Both the position numbers and the translations under genes were made by a program. From contig OZ242351.1 in assembly GCA_965208675.1 (NCBI GenBank), positions 3,616,001-3,680,000 of the forward strand: 64,000 bases of DNA, read 5' to 3'. The DNA is from Candidatus Poribacteria bacterium (GTDB lineage Bacteria > Poribacteria > WGA-4E > PCPOR2b). Under the pieces are notes generated by a model. The model saw only the letters and a list, made by a program, of their open reading frames with translations, was not told the DNA's origin and did not search any database. This document shows, one piece after another, positions 1-8,979 of this stretch. Numbering within the stretch: position 1 is the first letter of the stretch; every line of letters begins with the position of its first letter.

Positions 1-440
1 AGACAAATGGCAAAGCCGATGGCGTTCAACTTAATGCGTGGCGTTTCGACACTAGTGTAGGTTGGGGTGAACGATTAAAGGCAAATCCCTATCGTGGGCA
101 ATCCTGCTACAAGACGGACTCATAGATGAATCAAACGTCGAAAGCTACACGTGATGCACGGCGTTTCTGGTTGATAATTCTCAACCCAACCCACTCGATT
201 CAACTGATTCATAAAAATAACAAAAATGTGTGAAATTTCGTGACGTTTTCTGACATCCCTTGATATTCCGTCAATATCGAAATGCATCCGAATCCGCATC
301 ACAAGCGAATTTTATCGGGTTTCATAAGGCCGTCTTCCACATCACATACCACCTCGAAAAATGTGACGTGGTGTGAGGTGTTGTGACATCCAGTGGTGTG
401 GTTTGAGTTGATTGTTTGGATTTGCTATTGGCTCAACCCA

Positions 441-650
441 ACCTCCCCTAATCCCTCCTTCGTAAGGAGGGGGATGAATATTGAATGAACCGAAAAAGAT
501 TGCCCACCCTGGGAGAGAGAACTATCGCGTTCCCTGTTCGGTCGCTTGTTCGTTGGGTTACGCTACGCCCAACAAGTTTCGAACGCAAACACCCGAACGA
601 AGCCTTTCGTAATTATCCCCGTATTTCACCAACACCGCTCAACCATACCC
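441..650. repeat. Mosaic of dispersed intergenic repeats
   Basis: 451-570 resembles 3616-3735 (CCTCCTT..AAGGAGGGG..ATTGAATGAACCGAAAA..GGGAGAGA); 551-650 resembles 1549-1650 (CGTTGGGTT.CGCTAC...TATCCCCGTATTT..C); 441-473 is the inverse of 5488-5520. Confidence 0.75.
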
Positions 651-868
651 ATAGGATCAAAAAGAAGTTATCGCAAATGTACAGTAGTTAAGGTTGGCAA
701 ATACAGTTAATTTACATGGTGTTCGGATTTATGTTCTCCGATATCAGGATTACGGATTCATGGATAAGCACGGAGTAGTCCCGCCAAGATTTGAATGGGA
801 TAAGTGTACCGCCGATATAGTCCAAGTCCTTACAGTCCTCAAAACAGCCGAGAAAAACAGAAGGGTAG

Positions 869-1351
869 ATGGGTATGAGAGATAAATCACGCAGAACGAA
901 AAAAAGATGGAAACGTAGATGGAAACCAGCAATTAAACGGAAAATCACGGTAAGGAAAAACGAGAATGTCTCCTACAATACTCACGTATTCAACGGAATC
1001 CGAAAACTAGGTATAATTCTCAGAGATTTGCAAGCAGGAGCTACATTAAACAAACGCACTGTAGAACGCATCCTGGCCAACCTACGCCGGTTGTACAAAA
1101 TCAGAAAATTTTCGCCAAAAACCATAAACCACATAAACGATATAAAACGTAAAATTGAAGCCGCAAGTAAGCACACAACATTAAAACCATCCAAGAGCAA
1201 GAGTCCTGTTAAGCACCTCCACGAGCCTAGTAAAGGCACATATTGCCCCCGATGCGACATGAAATACCTTAAAGTATTCCATGACGAATATCGAACACGG
1301 ACAGAACTTTGCACTTTTTGTGGATATAAAAATGAAATTAGCCTTTTTTGA
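869..1351 (+). CDS. Hypothetical highly basic protein with C-terminal zinc ribbon
   Basis: 160-aa K/R-rich ORF ending in CPRC-x16-CTFC. Confidence 0.6.
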   Translation: MGMRDKSRRTKKRWKRRWKPAIKRKITVRKNENVSYNTHVFNGIRKLGIILRDLQAGATLNKRTVERILANLRRLYKIRKFSPKTINHINDIKRKIEAASKHTTLKPSKSKSPVKHLHEPSKGTYCPRCDMKYLKVFHDEYRTRTELCTFCGYKNEISLF

Positions 1352-1856
1352 GACGGTTGAGAAACAAGCACCATTTGTATTTCAGGACAGCGCCTCCTCG
1401 TAAATCAACTTCGAGTTCATGGAAATGAGCAGGTGTACTTGCCATCAGGCGCCGCAATTGATGTGGCAATATAAAATTCGACACTACACGCTCAATGATT
1501 TCTAGGGTATTGTGTGGCACGGAAGAGAGGTTGGAGAACGACAAAAAGCGTTGGGTTTCGCTACACCCTGCAAATCACGAACGCATTCGACCGAACGAAA
1601 CCCATTCGTAAATATCCCCGTATTTGACCATTTTCGCTCTACCCAACCGACAGAAACTTACGCAATTCAGTTTGTAGTAGCACAATTTATTGCGCGTCCG
1701 GCAGGTCGTTCGCTTCCTTGATCTGACATGTTGTGTTATGCAGTAACGGGCAATGAAGAGGGAACTCTATCGCCTTCGCTATTCGCTCAGTTGATCCCTA
1801 CTACATACCTTTGGGCGTTCAACGGCGTAACTCCTATTTTTGGCAAAGTTTGAATA

Positions 1857-1998
1857 TTTTCATAGTTTTTCATAGTGAGGTTTCGCGCCGCGTCCGATGA
1901 AAACCGCCTGAAGATCCGTCCACGACTGGATTTCCGTCCGTTTTCTCCGCAAATTGGAACTACATCAGAACGGCGCGAAACTATGAAAACTATGAAAT
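1857..1998. repeat. Long imperfect inverted repeat (MITE/REP-like)
   Basis: TTTCATAGTTTTTCATAG..GTTTCGCGCCG arm mirrored by CGGCGCGAAACTATGAAAACTATGAAA. Confidence 0.6.
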
Positions 1999-2246
1999 TT
2001 TTGAATATCTGTAAAGTTGCAATACCCGCTTTCGCAACCCTTTTTTCAAATGATATTAGGTATGGTTTCAACAATCCACCGAAATCTGGTTAGCGACCGA
2101 ACAAGGAACGCTATAGGTTTCGTGTCGGTGAAGACTATCGCCTTCGCTATTCACTCAGTTGATGTTTTTACTTACCCCCAATGTTTAGACAGTAATGCTC
2201 GTCTATTAAGGTGTAATTGCTAGACAATCCGGCTATGCTTCAACAC

Positions 2247-3098
2247 CTAGGATTTTTGAAAATACACCTCATGAGGTGTTCTAGTATTGAGCGACGTATG
2301 AAGCCGCTCCTCATTATAAAACTTGAAATAGTTGTTCAAGCCACACCAAACCGCGTGAACTGAGTCATAAGCGTGAAGATACACATGTTCATACTTGACG
2401 GTCCGCCAGAGCCGCTCAATTAAAATGTTGTCAAACACGCTGCCAGCACCAGTCCAACTGATGGCAATGTTAGCCGATTCAAGCCGAGTCGTAAAGGCAT
2501 CTGACGTGAACTGCGCGCCCTGGTCGCTATTGAATATCAAAGGGCTAGAACAACTCAATGCCCGTTCCAGTGCCGATAGACAAAAGTAAACGTCTAGTGT
2601 ATTTGACAATTCCCATGATAACACATATCGAGAGTACCAATCCATAATCGCCACTAGATACACAAAGCCGGTGTTCAAACGGATATAGGTGATATCAGTT
2701 GCCCATACCTGGTCCGGTCGAGTGATAATTGAATCCTTCAGTAGATAAGCATACTTTTTCGACGGCCTGCCGTGCTTGGAGAGACGGGGCTTGGGATAGA
2801 TGGCAACTAAGTCCATCTTTCGCATCAACCGAGCAATCCGTTTCCGGTTGACAGCGTGGCCATTATCACATAGCCAGTCCGTCATTCGAGGGACACCGTA
2901 GCACGGCGTTTTAATGTACTGTTCATCAATCAGACGCATATAAAGCAGGTTTTCCGGCGATTCTTCCGCTGCGGGTTGATAATAATACGAAGCGCGCGGC
3001 AACCCTAACAGTTCGCACTGTCTCGAAACCGATGGAGCACCGCGCTCTTGCTTGACAAGCCGCCGCTTCTGTGCTAATGGAGCATTCGAGTTTTTTTT
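2247..3098 (-). CDS. IS3-family transposase OrfB (DDE integrase core)
   Basis: WATDITY, NSDQGAQF, IERLWRTVKYE motifs; frame stays open upstream of 3002 to the A9 run (KKNSNAPLAQKRRLV...CELLGLPRASYYY). Confidence 0.92.
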   Translation of the reverse strand, partial: KKNSNAPLAQKRRLVKQERGAPSVSRQCELLGLPRASYYYQPAAEESPENLLYMRLIDEQYIKTPCYGVPRMTDWLCDNGHAVNRKRIARLMRKMDLVAIYPKPRLSKHGRPSKKYAYLLKDSIITRPDQVWATDITYIRLNTGFVYLVAIMDWYSRYVLSWELSNTLDVYFCLSALERALSCSSPLIFNSDQGAQFTSDAFTTRLESANIAISWTGAGSVFDNILIERLWRTVKYEHVYLHAYDSVHAVWCGLNNYFKFYNEERLHTSLNTRTPHEVYFQKS

Positions 3099-3370
3099 TG
3101 AAGCCAGTCTAGTTCTACCTTCAACTGACCGATTTGCCGGTAGAGTTCAGCTATAAGGCGGTCGTTGTCGGAAGTTGATTGCGTGTGTCCGTTCGCAAAT
3201 AGCTGGGGTGATTGTTCCAGAATCTGTCTTTTCCACTGCCTGACCTGATTCGGGTGGACTTCGTAGTCACTGGCAATCTGCGCCATGGTGCGTTCATTTT
3301 TAATGGCTTCAATCGCCACCTGCGCTTTGAATCGATTATCGTACTGTTTTCTACGAGCCATGTTAAACAA
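3074..3370 (-). CDS. IS3-family transposase OrfA (HTH)
   Basis: RRKQYDNRFKAQVAIEA...YEVHPNQVRQWK...LYRQIGQLKVELDWLQKK; A9 slippery run at 3091-3099 puts OrfB in the -1 frame. Confidence 0.9.
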   Translation of the reverse strand: MFNMARRKQYDNRFKAQVAIEAIKNERTMAQIASDYEVHPNQVRQWKRQILEQSPQLFANGHTQSTSDNDRLIAELYRQIGQLKVELDWLQKKTRMLH

Positions 3371-3482
3371 ACTCCTTTCGCAATTCTTGGCATTGCTGAG
3401 CCTTATTATGGCTCATAACATGGCCGTTTTGACAGCAACAATTCCACCTTAAGACACTGTCTAGTTTTTGGGGGTAATTATA

Positions 3483-3583
3483 GTTGGGTTTCGCTTTCCG
3501 ATAATTTCTCTTAAACCATTTCGCCCTTGAAACCAGCCCTAGCTAGGAGACAACTCTTGCTGTAACTGCTCTACCCAACCTAC
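3483..3583 (-). repeat. GTAG-type REP element with long insert
   Basis: GTTGGGTTTCGC...GCTCTACCCAACCTAC; related halves at 57, 432, 1550-1650, 16190, 16522, 19434. Confidence 0.65.
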
Positions 3584-4021
3584 AAGAACTATCGCCCTCG
3601 TTATTCACTCGGTTGATCCTCCTTGGTAAGGAGGGGAATGAACATTGAATGAACCGAAAACGATTGTCCACCGTGGGAGAGAACAATCACGCTCCCAGTT
3701 CGGCTACTTGATTGTTAGGTTACGGTACCCAGCCAATCACCTTTCCTACCAACACCGAATGTTTGAGTGCTCCCTTAATCATAGTCCATCACTCAATCAT
3801 ACAAATCACAGTTCAGACCGCCGCCGTTCCACCTACCGCGAATTTCCCCCTTTTTTTATAGACTGTAAAAACTGTAATTTTCTGCCTCAACATCAGGTAG
3901 GGGAGAATGTAGTTCGACGCCTGCAGCATGTACCTCGACAGGTTTTGCATTCTTGTGTTACAATTACGAGATACTTATGCGTCTTTCAACATTTCACTTT
4001 ATGAAATAGGAGGATTTAAGC

Positions 4022-4600
4022 GTGAAAAAGCGATTCATAGCCTTTGGAAGAGTAGCTTCAATGCTATCTCTGCTGGTTGGGGTTTCGGTTGTTTTGGTGA
4101 GTTGCGATGGGAAACAGAAGAAAGAGACCGCTGCGACGCCGCCGAAACAGGCGACAGCAACGATCAGTTCGGCGAGCGGCAGCGAGGTGACCGGTACGGC
4201 GGTTTTCAAACAGAGCGGCGATTCAATCACCCTCACCGTTGAGATTCAGAACGCGGCGCCGGGACTCCACGCCGTTCATATCCACGAGGTCGGGGATTGC
4301 AGCTCGCCCGACGGGAAGTCGGCAGGCGGGCATTGGAATCCGACGGAAGCCGCGCACGGAGAATGGGGAGTCGGAGAATTTCACCTCGGGGACATCGGCA
4401 ACATGACGGTTGGCGACGACGGCACCGGCAAAATCGAATTAACGACAGACAAGTGGGAGATGGGAACCGGTTCCATCCGAGATATTGTCGGAAAAGGTAT
4501 TATCGTCCATGCGGGCGCGGACGATTTTACGTCGCAGCCGTCTGGGGCTGCGGGTGCACGAATCGGCTGCGGGGCGATTGCGTTGGCAGCGTCGCAGTGA
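4022..4600 (+). CDS. sodC: Cu/Zn superoxide dismutase, probable lipoprotein
   Basis: HAVHIHE, GGHWNP, HLGDIGN, IIVHAGADD, GAAGARIGCG; lipobox-like LVSC. Confidence 0.95.
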   Translation: MKKRFIAFGRVASMLSLLVGVSVVLVSCDGKQKKETAATPPKQATATISSASGSEVTGTAVFKQSGDSITLTVEIQNAAPGLHAVHIHEVGDCSSPDGKSAGGHWNPTEAAHGEWGVGEFHLGDIGNMTVGDDGTGKIELTTDKWEMGTGSIRDIVGKGIIVHAGADDFTSQPSGAAGARIGCGAIALAASQ

Positions 4601-4655
4601 TGTGTGAGTCATGTGAAGGCGGGGGCGCTCTGATATTGCTGGCTGAACGATCAGG

Positions 4656-5177
4656 TCAATTAGAGTTCTGCCAGCCCCAAACCTCGCTCCCGATTTGAGA
4701 AATCAGGTCGGTGAGTTCGGTATCACCCGATTTTTTGGCGAGTTCCATCGCAGTTTCGTAATCATCAAGAGAGGCGAGGTTATGGTGTGCATCACCCGTG
4801 CGTACGCCCCACTCGAACTTGGTTATCCCGCGATGGAGGTATGCTAAAGCGTCATTTGGCTCAAGTTGAATAGCGGTGTCGTAATCAAGTATAGCGGCGT
4901 CGTACTGTTTTAACGCCGCCTTCACGATGCCTCGACTGACATAGGCATCCGAATTGTCAGGCTCTAGAAGGATGATGGTGTCGTACTCTTGCAACTTCGC
5001 CTTTGCATCACTCTCTTCTGGGGAGTCAGCTTGGCGTTCCACCTCGGCTTGGTAGATTCTAACGCTTGCGGCAACCAGTCCGCAGACCAAGAAAGCCACC
5101 GCAACACTCATCAACCACGATTTTATTTTATGCTTCATCTGTTCTCCTATTTTGAAAAAACCAAAATCCGTCGTCAT
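4656..5177 (-). CDS. Membrane-anchored TPR protein
   Basis: N-terminal hydrophobic segment; AYVSRGIVK...AILDYDTAIQLEPNDALAYLHRG TPR pattern; start may be at MKHKIK. Confidence 0.8.
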   Translation of the reverse strand: MTTDFGFFKIGEQMKHKIKSWLMSVAVAFLVCGLVAASVRIYQAEVERQADSPEESDAKAKLQEYDTIILLEPDNSDAYVSRGIVKAALKQYDAAILDYDTAIQLEPNDALAYLHRGITKFEWGVRTGDAHHNLASLDDYETAMELAKKSGDTELTDLISQIGSEVWGWQNSN

Positions 5178-5361
5178 CGGTCAACGCTAAGTCGGTAATT
5201 CTAACACAAAACGAGAGAAATTCAAAGAAAAAATTTAATCCAGATTCAAAGATAATGCCGCTGCCATTCAACTGTCATTCCCCTCCATGCCAAGGAGGGC
5301 GTCGGTTGGTAAAATAGAACGAATGAAAAACCGCTAGGGTTACATTTCGATTTCGTAGGGT

Positions 5362-5386
5362 GTCGCGATTCGGAGATCGCTCCGAC
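5362..5386 (-). repeat. REP family GTAGGAGCGATCTCCGAATCGCGAC
   Basis: Similar copies at 47357-47381 and 49184-49208. Confidence 0.65.
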
Positions 5387-5635
5387 GTTGCGTTCTAGAG
5401 GTAGGAAGGATCAACCTAATGAATAGTGAGGGCGATAGTTTTCGTAAATTTCAACCGACCGAATTGCGACGGCGATAGTTTTTCATTCCCCTCCTTACCA
5501 AGGAGGGGCTAGGGGAGGTTGTCTGTTGAGTAGATTGAGTGGGATCCGCCGATAGTCCAACCCAAAAGAGATTTTGCAGTGCAGTTCCGTGCGGTTTTCC
5601 AAACTCTGTAGCAGATCGCCTCCAACAGAATAACC

Positions 5636-6727
5636 TTGTCCGCTGACCTTTCCGCAACAATTGAACAAATCGCCGACCATCTCCGGGTTGACGCCGCCAG
5701 TCTTCAGATAACCCCCGTACGTCACGGCAGGCTTGAGCGGAACAACGTCTGGCGGTTAAATTCTCCTGAGAAGAGCTATATTCTCAAACAGCATCTTATC
5801 GCTCACCCAGTAGCGAAAACGGCTTTCTCCCCATATCAGATTGAAACTGCGGTACTCCCAATTTTGTATCGGGCGGGTTGCCGCGTCCCTCAAGTTGTAT
5901 GGAAGTCTCAGGCCGATTCGATGCTGCTGTTGGAAGTGTGCGGCGAAAACACGCTCGACGATCTCGCGCAAGCGTCGTCCGCCGAAATCCTCGTGCCGAT
6001 TACCCGGAACGCGGTTCGGGAATTCTGCCGACTGGAATTGGCGTTTGGCGACCGGGCAGAAGCCATCCAACCTTACATCTATCCGTCAGATTCGCCCCTA
6101 GATGAAACACTGGACGGGATATTGGGTCAAGGCAGAAAAACCATGGAGTATCTAGCATGGTTGAGTGGCGGACCGATGCGTCCGAAGGAGCAGGCGAACC
6201 TGGACGAGGTTTGGGAGCACATGTCTAACTGTCTACACAATGCAGAAGCGAGGTTGGGAAGCTTGGATTATAACGCACGGAACGTGGTGGTCGACGGTGA
6301 CAGACCGGCTTTCATCGATTTTGCGAGCATTGGTTGGGACTGGGGAGAAAGGCGTCTGGTTCAAACGTTCAATAGTCTCGGGGCGCATCGATCGGGCGGA
6401 CGGTTTGTCAGCACCTTAAACCGGGAGGTTATCGGCGAATACGCAAGCCAGTCAGCGCAGGGGAGATTGGACGAAGCTGAGATTCGAGTGGATTATCACA
6501 ACATACTCTTCTACCTTTCTGTCGTGTATCGGCTCTTGCAGGCGATTGCTCAGCCGGAGCGTGAAGCGAGCATATTCCTGTTAGACGCGTGGGGCGATGC
6601 CAAGGCGAGACTGCGGCAGGCGATAGACCTACTTGCAGATACTCCGCTGAGTGGCAACCCGTACGCCGCACGGCTCCGGAGCATTATCAGCGAATGGCGA
6701 TCGGCTGCCGCGAAGAGCGGCGATTGA
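5636..6727 (+). CDS. APH/choline-kinase-like phosphotransferase
   Basis: YILKQH, LDYNARNVVV and FIDFAS kinase-fold motifs. Confidence 0.75.
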   Translation: MSADLSATIEQIADHLRVDAASLQITPVRHGRLERNNVWRLNSPEKSYILKQHLIAHPVAKTAFSPYQIETAVLPILYRAGCRVPQVVWKSQADSMLLLEVCGENTLDDLAQASSAEILVPITRNAVREFCRLELAFGDRAEAIQPYIYPSDSPLDETLDGILGQGRKTMEYLAWLSGGPMRPKEQANLDEVWEHMSNCLHNAEARLGSLDYNARNVVVDGDRPAFIDFASIGWDWGERRLVQTFNSLGAHRSGGRFVSTLNREVIGEYASQSAQGRLDEAEIRVDYHNILFYLSVVYRLLQAIAQPEREASIFLLDAWGDAKARLRQAIDLLADTPLSGNPYAARLRSIISEWRSAAAKSGD

Positions 6728-6770
6728 AAGCTATGAAAGCAACTGAAATACAACAGACATGCTTCTAATT

Positions 6771-7532
6771 TCAACCTAACTTTTGGCAAACGTAAATAAT
6801 CCCCGGATACGGAACAACTGATTCGACAAAAATCTCATCACAGACTTTTAGGTTGGTGCTGCGAATCAGTTGCCGCCACAACTCAGGTGGATGGTGGTTT
6901 GGACGAATTTGCGTCGTTACGCCGTACACCCCAACGGTTCGCTTGATTCGCTCCTCAACGTTGACGTACCGATATTTCCACTGCGGCACCGTCGTGTTAT
7001 CTTTAATCAACAGAATACCGCGCGGTTCGAGCGAATCGGCGCAGGCGGCAAGAATGTGTCTTTGGGTTTCATCGGAAAAAAAGGATAGAATATCAATCAA
7101 GAGGAGCGCATCGCCCGGCGGTACCGGTGTCTGCGCGACATCGCCGCACTGAAAGGTCACTTGCCCCAGATCGCGAGCCGCCTCTTTGGCGATTGCAACA
7201 CGTACAGGGGAGGCTTCAATGCCGAGAATCTTTGCTTCTCGCCGCAACGCTGCCATTAGGCTGATTAGCCCGTACCCGGATCCCAAATCCACTAACCGCT
7301 CCGCTGTGGTGGGAACATGCCGATCTATCGCCTTCAGGATGGGTTGTAGACATATCAGACGCGCCCAAATCTTAACCCGTTCGCGGACGGCGGCATGGGC
7401 GTAACGATTCATAAGCCAGCGTACATCAGGGAGCGCCATCGGTCCCTCTCCGAACAGATACGATAACCTGTACAGCACCGGCGCGATCACGCTGTCAACC
7501 GCAGAACGCCGCTGACTCCGTTCTATCCCCAT
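6771..7532 (-). CDS. Class I SAM-dependent methyltransferase
   Basis: LVDLGSGYG motif I, LEPRGILLIKD; true start probably ~7439 (MALPD). Confidence 0.85.
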   Translation of the reverse strand: MGIERSQRRSAVDSVIAPVLYRLSYLFGEGPMALPDVRWLMNRYAHAAVRERVKIWARLICLQPILKAIDRHVPTTAERLVDLGSGYGLISLMAALRREAKILGIEASPVRVAIAKEAARDLGQVTFQCGDVAQTPVPPGDALLLIDILSFFSDETQRHILAACADSLEPRGILLIKDNTTVPQWKYRYVNVEERIKRTVGVYGVTTQIRPNHHPPELWRQLIRSTNLKVCDEIFVESVVPYPGIIYVCQKLG

Positions 7533-8323
7533 CGGGTCTCCGGCGGATCGAATAGAAACCCGTGGAACAGCTTGCGGCGCTCCTCAGACAATCGGGCGTA
7601 GAAACTCTTTTCGTACCCCCAATGCTCCGGTGAAGCCATCATCCAAGGGGGCTCATAGGCGTAATACAGCATGATGCGCGCGCCGTCGTCCAGCGTCCAT
7701 GGCCCCGCGGAATGCCAAAGCGCGTTATGAAAAAGGATGGCACTTCCGGCTGGCGCGCAGAGTTGTATCGCGCCCGGAAACAGGCCTTTTCGTTTAAGCG
7801 CTGCTGAATCCGGCTCATGCACGGCTTTGTGGCTGCCGGGAACCACACATAGGTTTCCGCGCCCCGGCTCGGTCATGTCGGTCAGATAGTATCCGATTTT
7901 AAGCTGCAGCAGGGGGATTGGGGGACCCAGGCCGCGGTATCCATAGTCGCGGCCGTCTCTATGCCATCCCATCTCTCGATCCCTTGTGCTGTACTCAACG
8001 ATTGCGTCGGAGGCATGATGGTGCGGATGTTCATGGAGCAGTTCCGTGACGTACGGAAACATCGGCGGATAATCGAGCATGTCCAGAAACAGCGGGTCGT
8101 CGTCCAGAATATAGAAAATACGCGTGTTGCCGCCTTGGATATCGGTTCTCCCGGTGTGCGGGATTTCACGTTCCTGAAGCCCCCGCCTCCGCGTAACCGC
8201 AGCGTGCAATGCTTCCAATAGGCGCGCGACAAGGTCCTTGCTCAGGAAACTTTCTAGAACAAGGTAACCGTTGTTGTCGAAGAAGAAGCGTTCTGATTGC
8301 GTGAGTTCGGTCATGTTTGTCAC
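7523..8323 (-). CDS. Phytanoyl-CoA dioxygenase (PhyH) family Fe/2OG protein
   Basis: GWHRD, VVPGSH, LWHSA motifs. Confidence 0.9.
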   Translation of the reverse strand: MTNMTELTQSERFFFDNNGYLVLESFLSKDLVARLLEALHAAVTRRRGLQEREIPHTGRTDIQGGNTRIFYILDDDPLFLDMLDYPPMFPYVTELLHEHPHHHASDAIVEYSTRDREMGWHRDGRDYGYRGLGPPIPLLQLKIGYYLTDMTEPGRGNLCVVPGSHKAVHEPDSAALKRKGLFPGAIQLCAPAGSAILFHNALWHSAGPWTLDDGARIMLYYAYEPPWMMASPEHWGYEKSFYARLSEERRKLFHGFLFDPPETRWG

Positions 8324-8380
8324 GATTCGTCGGTGTGCAGTGTCATATCCTCCAACGGACGTCGGAAAGCGGAAGTGATA

Positions 8381-8587
8381 CTAGGGCGTGTTGACATTTG
8401 GCATCCCGTAGGTTGAATTGAACGGTTAAACGGCAGTCCCTATCAAGTACAAAGGAATCTTTTGTAACACAATCTGTTAGATTGTGATGCGAGCCCGCAA
8501 ACTAACAGTTTGCGCTACTTATATCAGATTATCCAATGGTGACAACGTTTGCCGAATCAGTAGCCTCAAAATGTCAACAGAACCTAG
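8381..8587. mobile_element. MITE with IS5-family-like terminal inverted repeats
   Basis: CTAGGGCGTGTTGACATTTG ... CAAAATGTCAACAGAACCTAG; CTAG at both ends; internal GTAG REPs. Confidence 0.7.
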
Positions 8588-8976
8588 TCCTTTTCCGTTG
8601 GCGCGATCGCCGATTCAAGATTACCGAGGAATTCTATCGTTTCGCCCGTTGAGGGCTTTGTGCGTTGAAACTTCTCTTGGTAGGCTTTCAGCGCGCGATA
8701 GAGACGGACGAGATTGGCACGCCGATCGGCGTTTGCGTCCCGGACTCTCTCAAATTGAGAACGAACCTCCGCCTCCGAGACCCCATCCGGACGATTCTTA
8801 AGCAAATGCTCCTCGACCTTGTCCAGCGCGCGCCCTGCCATCCAGTATCGTGCGCCTTCAACGCCGCCGAGCCGCATGTAGACGAATATTCCTGCGGCTA
8901 GGATTAGGAGCCCAAAAATCAGCAGGAAACCCAGTACCCGCCGGTAACAACCCTTCAGCTTATCCGTCCGCGCCAT
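8584..8976 (-). CDS. Hypothetical single-pass membrane protein
   Basis: 130-aa ORF with N-terminal TM helix; 3 nt downstream of the amidohydrolase stop. Confidence 0.75.
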   Translation of the reverse strand: MARTDKLKGCYRRVLGFLLIFGLLILAAGIFVYMRLGGVEGARYWMAGRALDKVEEHLLKNRPDGVSEAEVRSQFERVRDANADRRANLVRLYRALKAYQEKFQRTKPSTGETIEFLGNLESAIAPTEKD

Positions 8977-8979
8977 GCG

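Larger units (their letters stand above)
2167..3482 (-). mobile_element. IS3-family insertion sequence (~1.3 kb)
   Basis: orfA/orfB pair; imperfect terminal IRs TACTTACCCCCAATGTTTAGACAGT versus revcomp TAATTACCCCCAAAAACTAGACAGT; ends approximate. Confidence 0.9.

Noticed and set aside
551-573. GTTGGGT/RCCCAAC pairs as integron attC sites
   Set aside because: Order is the reverse of attC R''-R', copies carry GTAG REP ends, and no integrase is present
441-3735. CRISPR array
   Set aside because: Repeats are dispersed, variable and irregularly spaced; no cas genes
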